The translations under genes were made by a program, and so were the position numbers. The notes beneath the pieces were generated by a model. The model had not been told where the DNA came from. It saw only the letters and a program-made list of their open reading frames with translations, and did not search any database. A DNA stretch of 64,000 nt, from the NCBI GenBank assembly GCA_031400935.1, contig JANNQV010000065.1:62001-126000 (forward strand). The letters are read 5' to 3'. Shown here in pieces: positions 38,756 to 46,479 of the stretch (position 1 is the stretch's first letter; the number at the start of each line of letters is the position of its first letter). Origin of the DNA: Armatimonadota bacterium. Its GTDB lineage: Bacteria; Armatimonadota; Fimbriimonadia; Fimbriimonadales; Fimbriimonadaceae.

Positions 38756-40012
38756 CTACATCCGGTCTGAACTCTCAAAGTGTTGCCACAGCATTGTTAA
38801 CGCAGCTGCAACACTTCGACGTCTAACAAATTCTCGATTTCCGCGAAACCGGTGCTTCACTACCTCGGAAACCCATCGACTGCAAAAGCCAATATAAACA
38901 AGCCCAACAGGCTTATCTCCCGTCCCGCCGTCAGGCCCTGCAACTCCAGTAATGGAAATCGCCCAATCGCTTCTCAGCCGATCTCTAGCTCCACTTGCCA
39001 TTTCTCTTGCAATCTGTTCCGATACCGCTCCAAATTCCTGCAGCGATTCTTCACTAACTCCAAGAAGCGACACTTTCAGTTCATTTGAATACGAAATCAC
39101 TCCTCCAAGAAACACATCGCTGCTGCCAGAAACCGATGTAATTGATTCTCCCAACATTCCACCCGTGCAACTTTCGGCAACAGCAAGGGATTGTCCTTGG
39201 TTACGAAGTAACTCCAAGACAGCCGAAGCAAGCGTTGTCTCGTCGTATGCAAAAATGTTGCCGCCAATCCTCGACTGAATTTCTTCAATCACAGGCTTGA
39301 TAATTTTGTTAGCCGTCAAACTATCTGATGCAGAGCCGGTAACTCTCAATTCCACTTCGCCGGGATGAGCATAGATGCCGATTGAAGGATTCGAGCCGTG
39401 GAATAAATCACGAAGCGATTCCTCGACCATCGCTTCTCCCATTCCGCAAATCTTAACCGCCCTTGAAACAATAACAGTGCCGCCAGTAAACCCAGCTAGA
39501 ATTGGGCGAACCGATTTTTCAACCATCGGAACAAATTCGAACCTTGGACCTGGCAAGGAAATGACTACTTTCCCATCCTTTCGACAAACCAGCCCAGGAG
39601 CCGATCCGTTTGGATTTTCGATAAGTTCGCCGCACTCCGGACGATCAGCCTGCTTTAACTGAGCCTCAGTCCAAGGCAGATTACGTTGAACGAAAAGGCT
39701 CTTGATGCGTTCGGCAAATTCTTCGTCCCGAACCAATGCTTCACCAAGTGCATCGGCGATGCCTTCGCGGGTGATGTCATCCTCCGTTGGCCCTAGGCCC
39801 CCAATCGTAAAAACTATATCAGAACGAGAAAGGGCTAGCCTTACAGCCTCGGCGATCCGCGACCGATTGTCGCCAACTGTCTGCCGATGGCAATGATGAA
39901 TTCCGTACTCGGGCAATATTTTGCCTAGAACCTGTGAATTGGTGTCAACAATCTGCCCGAGTAGAATCTCGGTTCCAATCGCAACGATTTCAGCTACTGG
40001 CGGATGGTTCAT
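38756..40012 (-). CDS. cinA: Competence/damage-inducible protein CinA (MoCF-like plus PncC domains)
   Basis: IGTEILLGQIVDTNS, GGLGPTEDDIT, AVAESCTGG, GAVSE, SITGVAGP; start MNHPP. Confidence 0.93.
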   Translation of the reverse strand: MNHPPVAEIVAIGTEILLGQIVDTNSQVLGKILPEYGIHHCHRQTVGDNRSRIAEAVRLALSRSDIVFTIGGLGPTEDDITREGIADALGEALVRDEEFAERIKSLFVQRNLPWTEAQLKQADRPECGELIENPNGSAPGLVCRKDGKVVISLPGPRFEFVPMVEKSVRPILAGFTGGTVIVSRAVKICGMGEAMVEESLRDLFHGSNPSIGIYAHPGEVELRVTGSASDSLTANKIIKPVIEEIQSRIGGNIFAYDETTLASAVLELLRNQGQSLAVAESCTGGMLGESITSVSGSSDVFLGGVISYSNELKVSLLGVSEESLQEFGAVSEQIAREMASGARDRLRSDWAISITGVAGPDGGTGDKPVGLVYIGFCSRWVSEVVKHRFRGNREFVRRRSVAAALTMLWQHFESSDRM

Positions 40013-40041
40013 TTCGGTTCGAGCAAGAAATAGTCTAGCCC
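40007..40041. repeat. Direct repeat copy A: orphan 3' end of the DUF2961 gene overlapping the cinA start
   Basis: 32/35 identical to 41744-41778; encodes GLDYFLLEPK* on the minus strand. Confidence 0.9.
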
Positions 40042-40119
40042 TAATACACACTCCTTGTGTGCACTTATTCATTTGATCGAGCTCGGGTTTGAGCGAGCAA
40101 AGTCGCTTCGAGTGCCTCA

Positions 40120-40854
40120 CTAATTGTTTAGAAATTTTCCTGGGGTTGTGCCGAATTGTCTTCGGAACGACTGAATGAACCCACTGGAAGTATCAAATCC
40201 GGAAGCCATCGCTGCCTCAAGAACGGTAGCCCCACTTGCAATGGTGCGCAACCCAATTAAGGCGCGAGCTTGCTGGCACCATTGCCCTAAAGTTAAGCCG
40301 GTTTCTAAAAGGACTCTGCGCTCAAGAGTTCGCCGTGAAAAACCTGCTTCAAAAGCGACTGAAGGATCATCAAAAAAAGCTTCAGCCCAATTTCGCAGCC
40401 AGTCCGATTCTGGCATGGGGATGCACATCGGTATTAAAGGTGCGGCTCGAGTTTCTAGCTGGATAATAGTAGCAATAGCTTCAGATTCGCGATTCCCCCT
40501 TCTCAGCGGGCCCACTCGGCAAGCTTCCCCGATTAGCTCTCTGAACAATGGTCGAACGTCCATGGGACCAGTTTCGCGAATAACACCAAGCTCTGGAGAA
40601 AAGTAAAGCGTTCGCACTCGTGCCTTTCCCAATGTTCGGGCAGGATGCGGCTCGCCTGGCTGTACCCAAAGTGCCCGATTTGCAGGCAGTATGTGTAGCT
40701 GCCGCTTTGTCTCCACGTGGAGTGTTCCCTCTAGGGCGAAAACCAACTTTGGCCACGGGCTCTCTGGCCAAAGAATTGGTTCCGCTCGATGGTGATCTAG
40801 AGACCAAAACCGTATAAGTACGCCAGAATCGCTTGACTGTCGTGATCGCGACAT
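40120..40854 (-). CDS. AraC-family transcriptional regulator (cupin plus HTH)
   Basis: LPANRALWV..GEPH cupin; SRRTLERR...ETG.T..QW, GF...SGFI..FRR.FG.TP. Confidence 0.9.
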   Translation of the reverse strand: MSRSRQSSDSGVLIRFWSLDHHRAEPILWPESPWPKLVFALEGTLHVETKRQLHILPANRALWVQPGEPHPARTLGKARVRTLYFSPELGVIRETGPMDVRPLFRELIGEACRVGPLRRGNRESEAIATIIQLETRAAPLIPMCIPMPESDWLRNWAEAFFDDPSVAFEAGFSRRTLERRVLLETGLTLGQWCQQARALIGLRTIASGATVLEAAMASGFDTSSGFIQSFRRQFGTTPGKFLNN

Positions 40855-40908
40855 TTATTGTCATTTATTATAGATCACGTCAAGAAAAAGTATCTTCATA
40901 ATGAGCAC

Positions 40909-41280
40909 ATGTCATCAACGTATCAACCAAACACCCTTTCTCATTTTGCGATCAACGTAGAGGATTGCGACCGCGCAATTTCGTTCTATGAGTCCGTTTT
41001 TGGGTGGAATTTCACTGCTTGGGGGCCACCAGGATTCTTTTTGACACAGGTCGGCGCACTTCATGGAGCAATTCAGAAGCGACAAGATGAGCCATTTCCT
41101 ACGCTCATCGGAAATTTTGAGTGTTCAATCGCAGTTGACGATGTTGATCGTATCGTAGCTTTGATAGTCGAGAATGGTGGCCAGGTCACGATGCCGAAAG
41201 TGACGATTCCCTCGGTTTGTGATATCGCCCGAGTTAGGGATTGCGAAGGGAACACCTTTAGTGTGGCAAAATATCTTTGA
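40909..41280 (+). CDS. VOC/glyoxalase family protein
   Basis: HFAINVED..RA..FY..VFGW, VDDVD, D.EGN. Confidence 0.9.
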   Translation: MSSTYQPNTLSHFAINVEDCDRAISFYESVFGWNFTAWGPPGFFLTQVGALHGAIQKRQDEPFPTLIGNFECSIAVDDVDRIVALIVENGGQVTMPKVTIPSVCDIARVRDCEGNTFSVAKYL

Positions 41281-41735
41281 CGATGGACTTGCCCGAGCCT
41301 CCTGAATTCGTAGAATTTCTCGCCCCATACCCCACTTCCACTCAAGAATTGGCCCGGGGATTGAGACGGAAGCTCGTGAAGATTCTGCCGCCGTGTATCG
41401 AGATAGTTTGGGATGCGATCAATACCGTTGGCCCCTCATATGGTTTTACGGAGAAGAACGCCGACCACTTCATTCACCTTCCGGTCTACACGAATTACGT
41501 GAATATCGGATTCTCGCATGGTGCGCTACTCAATGATCCTCAGGGTCGGCTAAAAGGAAGCGGTGCAAGAATACGACATATTCGTTTGAATCAGGTTGAA
41601 GACCTTGATGACCCTTATTTGTATGATTTGATTCAACAAGCCCACCTTGGTGCAACCCAAAGTACCGAGCCCGTTGAGCCCAGCACGATTGTTCGCGTAA
41701 TGGATGGTTTAAAACGGCGCCCAAATTCAAAGTGA
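41277..41735 (+). CDS. DUF1801 family protein
   Basis: VNIGF.HGALL.DP..RL.GSG..IRHI. Confidence 0.8.
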   Translation: MTMDLPEPPEFVEFLAPYPTSTQELARGLRRKLVKILPPCIEIVWDAINTVGPSYGFTEKNADHFIHLPVYTNYVNIGFSHGALLNDPQGRLKGSGARIRHIRLNQVEDLDDPYLYDLIQQAHLGATQSTEPVEPSTIVRVMDGLKRRPNSK

Positions 41736-41743
41736 TAGCCGTT

Positions 41744-41778
41744 GTTCATTTTGGTTCAAGTAAGAAATAGTCTAGCCC
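41744..41778. repeat. Direct repeat copy B: functional 3' end of the DUF2961 gene
   Basis: 32/35 identical to 40007-40041. Confidence 0.9.
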
Positions 41779-43743
41779 GAACATGTTGCCTTCTAGTGCT
41801 CCCTTCCGATGTCCGAGTGACTGCACTACGACCCGAAGTGTCTTCCCAAACGCTTTAACTTCACCTAAATCCATCTTTTCCCAAAGCAACTTGTCTGAAT
41901 AGAAGTCAATTGTCTTGGTCACGCCGCCAACTTCAATTCGGTGAATTCCGTAATCCCTTGCCTTGCAGAAGTTGCCGATCAATCGATAATTGCCCGGCCG
42001 TGGAACAGGAATTTCCAAGACAAGCGTATCGCCAGACTTCATATGTGTCCACCAAAGCTGCTCGCCACTAGAGAGCTCAAAGAATCCGCCTTGTACTTCA
42101 ATTTTCCCTCCGGTCGGTTTGGTGAATTTGAGCGATTCGCCTTCGATCGCGCCTTTAATGGGAGCCGATGGCGCTAATTCGGCTGGAAGCAAGAGCGATT
42201 CGTCAATTTCGGCGATCGTGGTTCCTCCAGGTTGCTCGTACCAGTAAGTGACCCTTGAAAATTTGACCTTACATGACGCCCAATGCCAAAGCTCCATATC
42301 AAATTGAAGGCTTTTTTGAAAAGGGATGGCATCGGCTGTGAACCACCGATTCACGCTTGTATGACCGAAATTTCCAGGGCCATCTACCCTTGGCTGAGCG
42401 TGAAACGGCCTTGCAAAAACTTCCGGCCAACACCATGCGTAATTATAAAAATCTTCTGTTCCGGTGCCAAAGAAGCTTGGAAACGCCTCGCCATCCACGA
42501 AAATCTTCTCGTCGCCTTCGCCCCACCATTCAGGACGCGAGTTTTCAATGTAGAGCGCGGATCCGACAAGCCAACCCGAGCCTTTGGCATGAAGCATTTC
42601 CATATCACGCTTTGGTTGCGAATCGCCATAATACGAAAGCCATTGAGCCTTGAAGTGGTTGCGAGAAGGAGCTTTTGGTGTTCGCTCAACTTGAAAGTCG
42701 TAGTCAACATCAACTGGTCTTTCATTCAAATTTTGAATCTCGATGCGGGCTTTCTGATTGAATGGCATTGGAAACCAGCAAGTCATGAGGCCATTTTTGT
42801 CAACAGTCATAGAAACCGATCGGTAAGGATTAATGCCGACTCCAGAACCGAAGAAATCACTAAGTGGCACTACGATGCACTTTTCTCCATCGAACCAGGC
42901 TCGAAGGATCAATTTGCGAAGAATGTTATGAGTTCGCCTGGGGTCTTTCCAGGATAGTCCAGGCACATCAGAACGACATGTCACACGCAACGAAAACGAG
43001 CGTATCAAACCGGAAAACCCAAACTCTTGGAGAGTTTGCGACTTTCCAGTTGGGATCGTCTTGGAAGTTTTCGGAATCGGCAGGGAATCGTGTACCAGGT
43101 ACCTCGTCGAAAGAAGCGTAGCCGGCGATACAACCGGGCTGAAAGAATACGTCTCCACCTTTGCTGAATCCGAATAATGCCTGTAACCAACGTGATAATA
43201 CATGCTCTCAGTTCCTGCTCCTTCTGCCGTGATTTTCAGAGACTTCGCATATGGGAACGGGTAATACAGGTTCCAACCTCGCGCAGAAACGTAAGAAAAC
43301 GGATCAGGAAAAGAAGGAACTTTGCCGCTCAGCAAATCTCCGGCTGGAAATGACATTTGGGGAGTTTCGGAGCCATCAAAATAGAACCGAAGTATGCCAG
43401 CGGGGTTGGCAGACCAAATGCTCATGACCGCCCCAGGTCCTTTTGCGTTCATCATCACCCGTTCCGTTCGACCTCCATTCGTTTCAACACGAATGTACTG
43501 CCCTGCATCGCCGTTTGCGAACCAAGCGTCGTTTCCAGCTGTCTTTGAAGCTCGATCGTAACTCGAATCCTGCTTCATAACGTAGTTTGTCGGTGAAACC
43601 AACAGATGATCGAACGAAGCGTATTCTCGCAAGAGGCCGGATTCAGTAATTGGAATCTGGCCAGCAAAAAAGGGTAACAAAACGAGTACGGACAACATAC
43701 TTTCAAGCTTCGACAACATTGTGGCCGACTCCTGCGAACACAA
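41746..43743 (-). CDS. DUF2961 / GH172-like glycoside hydrolase, probably exported
   Basis: SSYDR, GPGAVMSIWSANP, PMPF, WWGEGDE, GTGTEDFYN; true start probably a little downstream. Confidence 0.85.
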   Translation of the reverse strand: MCSQESATMLSKLESMLSVLVLLPFFAGQIPITESGLLREYASFDHLLVSPTNYVMKQDSSYDRASKTAGNDAWFANGDAGQYIRVETNGGRTERVMMNAKGPGAVMSIWSANPAGILRFYFDGSETPQMSFPAGDLLSGKVPSFPDPFSYVSARGWNLYYPFPYAKSLKITAEGAGTESMYYHVGYRHYSDSAKVETYSFSPVVSPATLLSTRYLVHDSLPIPKTSKTIPTGKSQTLQEFGFSGLIRSFSLRVTCRSDVPGLSWKDPRRTHNILRKLILRAWFDGEKCIVVPLSDFFGSGVGINPYRSVSMTVDKNGLMTCWFPMPFNQKARIEIQNLNERPVDVDYDFQVERTPKAPSRNHFKAQWLSYYGDSQPKRDMEMLHAKGSGWLVGSALYIENSRPEWWGEGDEKIFVDGEAFPSFFGTGTEDFYNYAWCWPEVFARPFHAQPRVDGPGNFGHTSVNRWFTADAIPFQKSLQFDMELWHWASCKVKFSRVTYWYEQPGGTTIAEIDESLLLPAELAPSAPIKGAIEGESLKFTKPTGGKIEVQGGFFELSSGEQLWWTHMKSGDTLVLEIPVPRPGNYRLIGNFCKARDYGIHRIEVGGVTKTIDFYSDKLLWEKMDLGEVKAFGKTLRVVVQSLGHRKGALEGNMFGLDYFLLEPK

Positions 43744-43757
43744 TCAGGCATGTTGGA

Positions 43758-44324
43758 TTAGCCCGCATTTTCAACGCGTAGCTTAGCAAGTACTTCAAGT
43801 CTTTCTGGAAATTCGATAAGCTCCAAGAGTTCGGGAAGGGTGCTTTCAACAATGGTCCAATCAATTCTTTTCCCCTGCCTGACAATGATCCCGCGTACAT
43901 CCTCCCAATCCCTTGGACGCCCCGCAAAGACTTTCATAGTAATCATGTCTTCTGCACTGGCGAGAGGAAGAACAACGCCATCAGTAAGCTCGATGACTGT
44001 GCTTCGCGCCAAAACATCTTCTTCAAATGGAAATGCTGCTAGACCAATGTCAATGCCGATTCCGTTCGGAGATTGGCAGAGTAGCACTCTGTATTTCAAC
44101 GCTTGTTCGAGGGCACTTTCCGACCGAGCAGGAATTCGTGAAAGGATTGTCCCTACCTTTTGTTCTTCGTCATCGAATCCAGTCAGAACCGAAACATCCA
44201 CGTCCCTCGTGACTCTTGATTCGCCCCACGCTTGAAGGGCAATACCACCAATAAACGCATGCTGCAAACCAAGGTCAGAGAGTTCCGAATGAACCCACGC
44301 GGCGACGTCAAAAACATCGTTCAT
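43758..44324 (-). CDS. Nucleotidyltransferase toxin-like protein (MenT1/AbiEii/DUF6036-like)
   Basis: AFIGGIA...SRVTRDVD and AEDMITMK..AGRPRDWED. Confidence 0.8.
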   Translation of the reverse strand: MNDVFDVAAWVHSELSDLGLQHAFIGGIALQAWGESRVTRDVDVSVLTGFDDEEQKVGTILSRIPARSESALEQALKYRVLLCQSPNGIGIDIGLAAFPFEEDVLARSTVIELTDGVVLPLASAEDMITMKVFAGRPRDWEDVRGIIVRQGKRIDWTIVESTLPELLELIEFPERLEVLAKLRVENAG

Positions 44325-44542
44325 TGTGATTTTTTAAGTGCTTCGTAAAATTGAATCAATCCGCTCGAAGTGCGCGGGGGCTGTGACTTTGCGGCAAGCC
44401 GAAACGCCTTGCGAAGGGATCGGATTCCATCTGTGGTTGATGTCGTTCGAATTCTATGGTCGCGCTCTTCCTCGGCAATTCTGTAGCCCTCTTGCATACG
44501 TTGATAAATCTCGCGAAATCGGAGTTTTTCTACTTCGGTCAC
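44321..44542 (-). CDS. Small helical protein, putative antitoxin
   Basis: 73 aa; ATGA overlap with the NTase; -10 box TACGCT 6 nt upstream of the GTG start. Confidence 0.65.
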   Translation of the reverse strand: MTEVEKLRFREIYQRMQEGYRIAEEERDHRIRTTSTTDGIRSLRKAFRLAAKSQPPRTSSGLIQFYEALKKSQ

Positions 44543-44565
44543 TTGAACAGCGTACCTCGTGAGCC

Positions 44566-44641
44566 TGGCGGCCCCGGAGGGAATCGAACCCCCGACGCCC
44601 TCCTTAGGACGGAGGCGCTCTATCCACTGAGCTACGGAGCC
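44566..44641 (-). tRNA. tRNA-Arg (CCT)
   Basis: GGCTCCG/CGGGGCC acceptor stem, CCTCC-GTCCTAA-GGAGG anticodon arm, TTCGATT T-loop, encoded CCA; 76 nt. Confidence 0.96.
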
Positions 44642-44668
44642 ACTATTGCAAGTTTATCTTATGGGGGC

Positions 44669-44777
44669 GTTGGAAGGTAGTTGGCAAGTTGCAATCAACT
44701 TGCAAGCAAGTAGTAGTATTACGGCTTGCCGGTAACCTGCAGACCACATGCCAACCACTTGCCGACTACCTGCCAAC
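44669..44777. repeat. Degenerate ~11-bp-unit inverted microsatellite
   Basis: gttggaaggtagttggcaagt at the left end mirrored by acttgccgactacctgccaac at the right end. Confidence 0.65.
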
Positions 44778-44785
44778 GCGCCTTA

Positions 44786-46135
44786 TCACCCACGAATCAA
44801 CCCCAAGAGCTCCTCTGTCTTCTCCCGCATCAGAGCCGGATTTCCACGAGTTTCTACGTTCAAACGAATCACCGGTTCCGTATTCGAGCCTCTCAAATTG
44901 AACCGCCATTGGCCAAATTCAATAGAGATTCCGTCAAGCCTGTCAATTTTCCCATCAGAGTAAGCAGCTTCGACTATAGCCAGCACTGTAGGCACATCTG
45001 CAACAATGGAATTCACCTCTCCGCTACAAGGGTAATTAGCCATCATTTCTCTGACCAATTCGCCAAGTGATTTGCCGGAAACCGAAACAAGCTGAGCGAC
45101 TAAAAGTAACGGAATCATTCCCGAATCGCAGTACCAATGACCTTTGAAATAGTGGTGCGCACTCATTTCGCCACCATAGGAAGCATCCTCGGCACGCATC
45201 TTTTCCTTGATGAACGCATGCCCCGATTTGCAAATCACTGCTCTCCCGCCGTATTTCGCCACGATGTCCAGCGTATTCCAGGTCAAACGAGGGTCGTAGA
45301 TTACTGTCTGATTGGGATTTGCGCTCAACAGTGCATGCGTCAGCAATCCGACGATGTAATAGCCTTCAATGAAATTGCCATTCTCATCCAAAAAGAAGCA
45401 TCGGTCGTAATCGCCGTCCCAGGCGACGCCGAAATCGTAGCGACCCGGATTTGACCTCATCTTCGCTTCCATCTCTGCACGGGATTCTTCAAGGATCGGG
45501 TTTGGAACACCGTTTGGAAAGGTTCCGTCCGGAGCAAAATTCATTCGATCCAGTTTGAACGGCAAATGAGCTGCAAGAGCTTCCATGGCAACTCCCGCAG
45601 CCCCATTTCCTGGGTTCGCGAGAATCCGTAATGGCTTCAGTTTTGAAACGTCAACTTGGTTCAATAAGTGAGCGACGAAGTCGCGGTAAACGCCTTTGTC
45701 AGTAATCGTGCCTGTGCCATTTCTCTCCCAATTCCCTTCAAATGCCCTCTTTTCGATGTTGTACAGTCCTGTGTCACCACTGATCGGGCGACTTTCGGAA
45801 CGAACCATTTTCATGCCATTGTATTCGGCAGGGTTATGGCTTGCTGTTAGCATTATTCCACCGTCATAACCATAGAATGCAGTTGCAAAATACACCATTT
45901 CGGTCCCAACCATGCCAAGGTGAATGACATCCACACCAGCGTCGTTTAGACCCCTTGCCAAGGAATCGTATAGCTCTGGTCCTGAAAGTCGAATGTCGTA
46001 GCCAACACAAACCGTTTTTGCGCCCGTTTCGTCGGCAAAAGCTCGACCGATTTTATACGCAAGTTCGGGATCTAGTTCGCTTGGGACTTTGCCACGCACG
46101 TCGTAGGCTTTGAAACAGGGAAGATATTGACCCAT
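44786..46135 (-). CDS. Phosphomannomutase/phosphoglucomutase (ManB/CpsG-like)
   Basis: FKAYDVRG, TASHNP, DGDYDR, GGEMSAH, R.SNTEP. Confidence 0.93.
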   Translation of the reverse strand: MGQYLPCFKAYDVRGKVPSELDPELAYKIGRAFADETGAKTVCVGYDIRLSGPELYDSLARGLNDAGVDVIHLGMVGTEMVYFATAFYGYDGGIMLTASHNPAEYNGMKMVRSESRPISGDTGLYNIEKRAFEGNWERNGTGTITDKGVYRDFVAHLLNQVDVSKLKPLRILANPGNGAAGVAMEALAAHLPFKLDRMNFAPDGTFPNGVPNPILEESRAEMEAKMRSNPGRYDFGVAWDGDYDRCFFLDENGNFIEGYYIVGLLTHALLSANPNQTVIYDPRLTWNTLDIVAKYGGRAVICKSGHAFIKEKMRAEDASYGGEMSAHHYFKGHWYCDSGMIPLLLVAQLVSVSGKSLGELVREMMANYPCSGEVNSIVADVPTVLAIVEAAYSDGKIDRLDGISIEFGQWRFNLRGSNTEPVIRLNVETRGNPALMREKTEELLGLIRG

Positions 46136-46422
46136 TGGTGGAAATTGTTGTACCCATTTCTGGAGATTGGCTGGGTGTGGATGGGAATCGGTGGAGTTTG
46201 TTGGGAATTGCCACAGTTTTCAGAGTTGCCTTGACTCATCAGTTACTTGCTATTTTCACACTCTGTTGCCATATTCATCCACTCCCATCCTCTCTCAGCT
46301 ACACCTAGCACCCCCAATCAACTCCCAGCCAACACTAGGAATCGGGACTTTTGGGCAATTTTGGCATCAAACCTGCCATAATGATCTTGCTCGGGCGCGC
46401 AGTCTGCGGTTTGAGTTTTTTT

Positions 46423-46468
46423 TGTGCCTAACACAAGAAACATAGACTAATGTGCTAGACACAAGAAA
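46423..46468 (+). promoter_or_regulatory. Tandem mini-hairpin repeat in the 5' UTR of the DEAD-box helicase
   Basis: TGTGCCTAACACAAGAAA (46423-46440) and TGTGCTAGACACAAGAAA (46451-46468), downstream of a TGC-CATAAT extended -10 at 46374-46382. Confidence 0.5.
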
Positions 46469-46479
46469 TACGAACCTTT

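Larger units (their letters stand above)
40042..41743. mobile_element. Inserted three-gene cassette (AraC, VOC, DUF1801) bounded by 35-bp direct repeats; no recombinase inside
   Basis: The flanking repeats duplicate the DUF2961/cinA junction. Confidence 0.6.

Noticed and set aside
42283..42957. Long antisense ORFs (this 224-aa one; also 7776-8372, 22646-23209, 47786-48193)
   Set aside because: They are shadows of well-supported genes on the opposite strand and lack protein-like motifs.
43744..44566. att duplication of the tRNA-Arg 3' end bounding an island
   Set aside because: I found no second copy of the tRNA 3' sequence downstream of the NTase pair.
46167..46445. 92-aa ORF between the phosphomannomutase and helicase genes
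   Set aside because: It runs through low-complexity intergenic DNA and the helicase promoter, has a TTG start and shows no recognisable motif.
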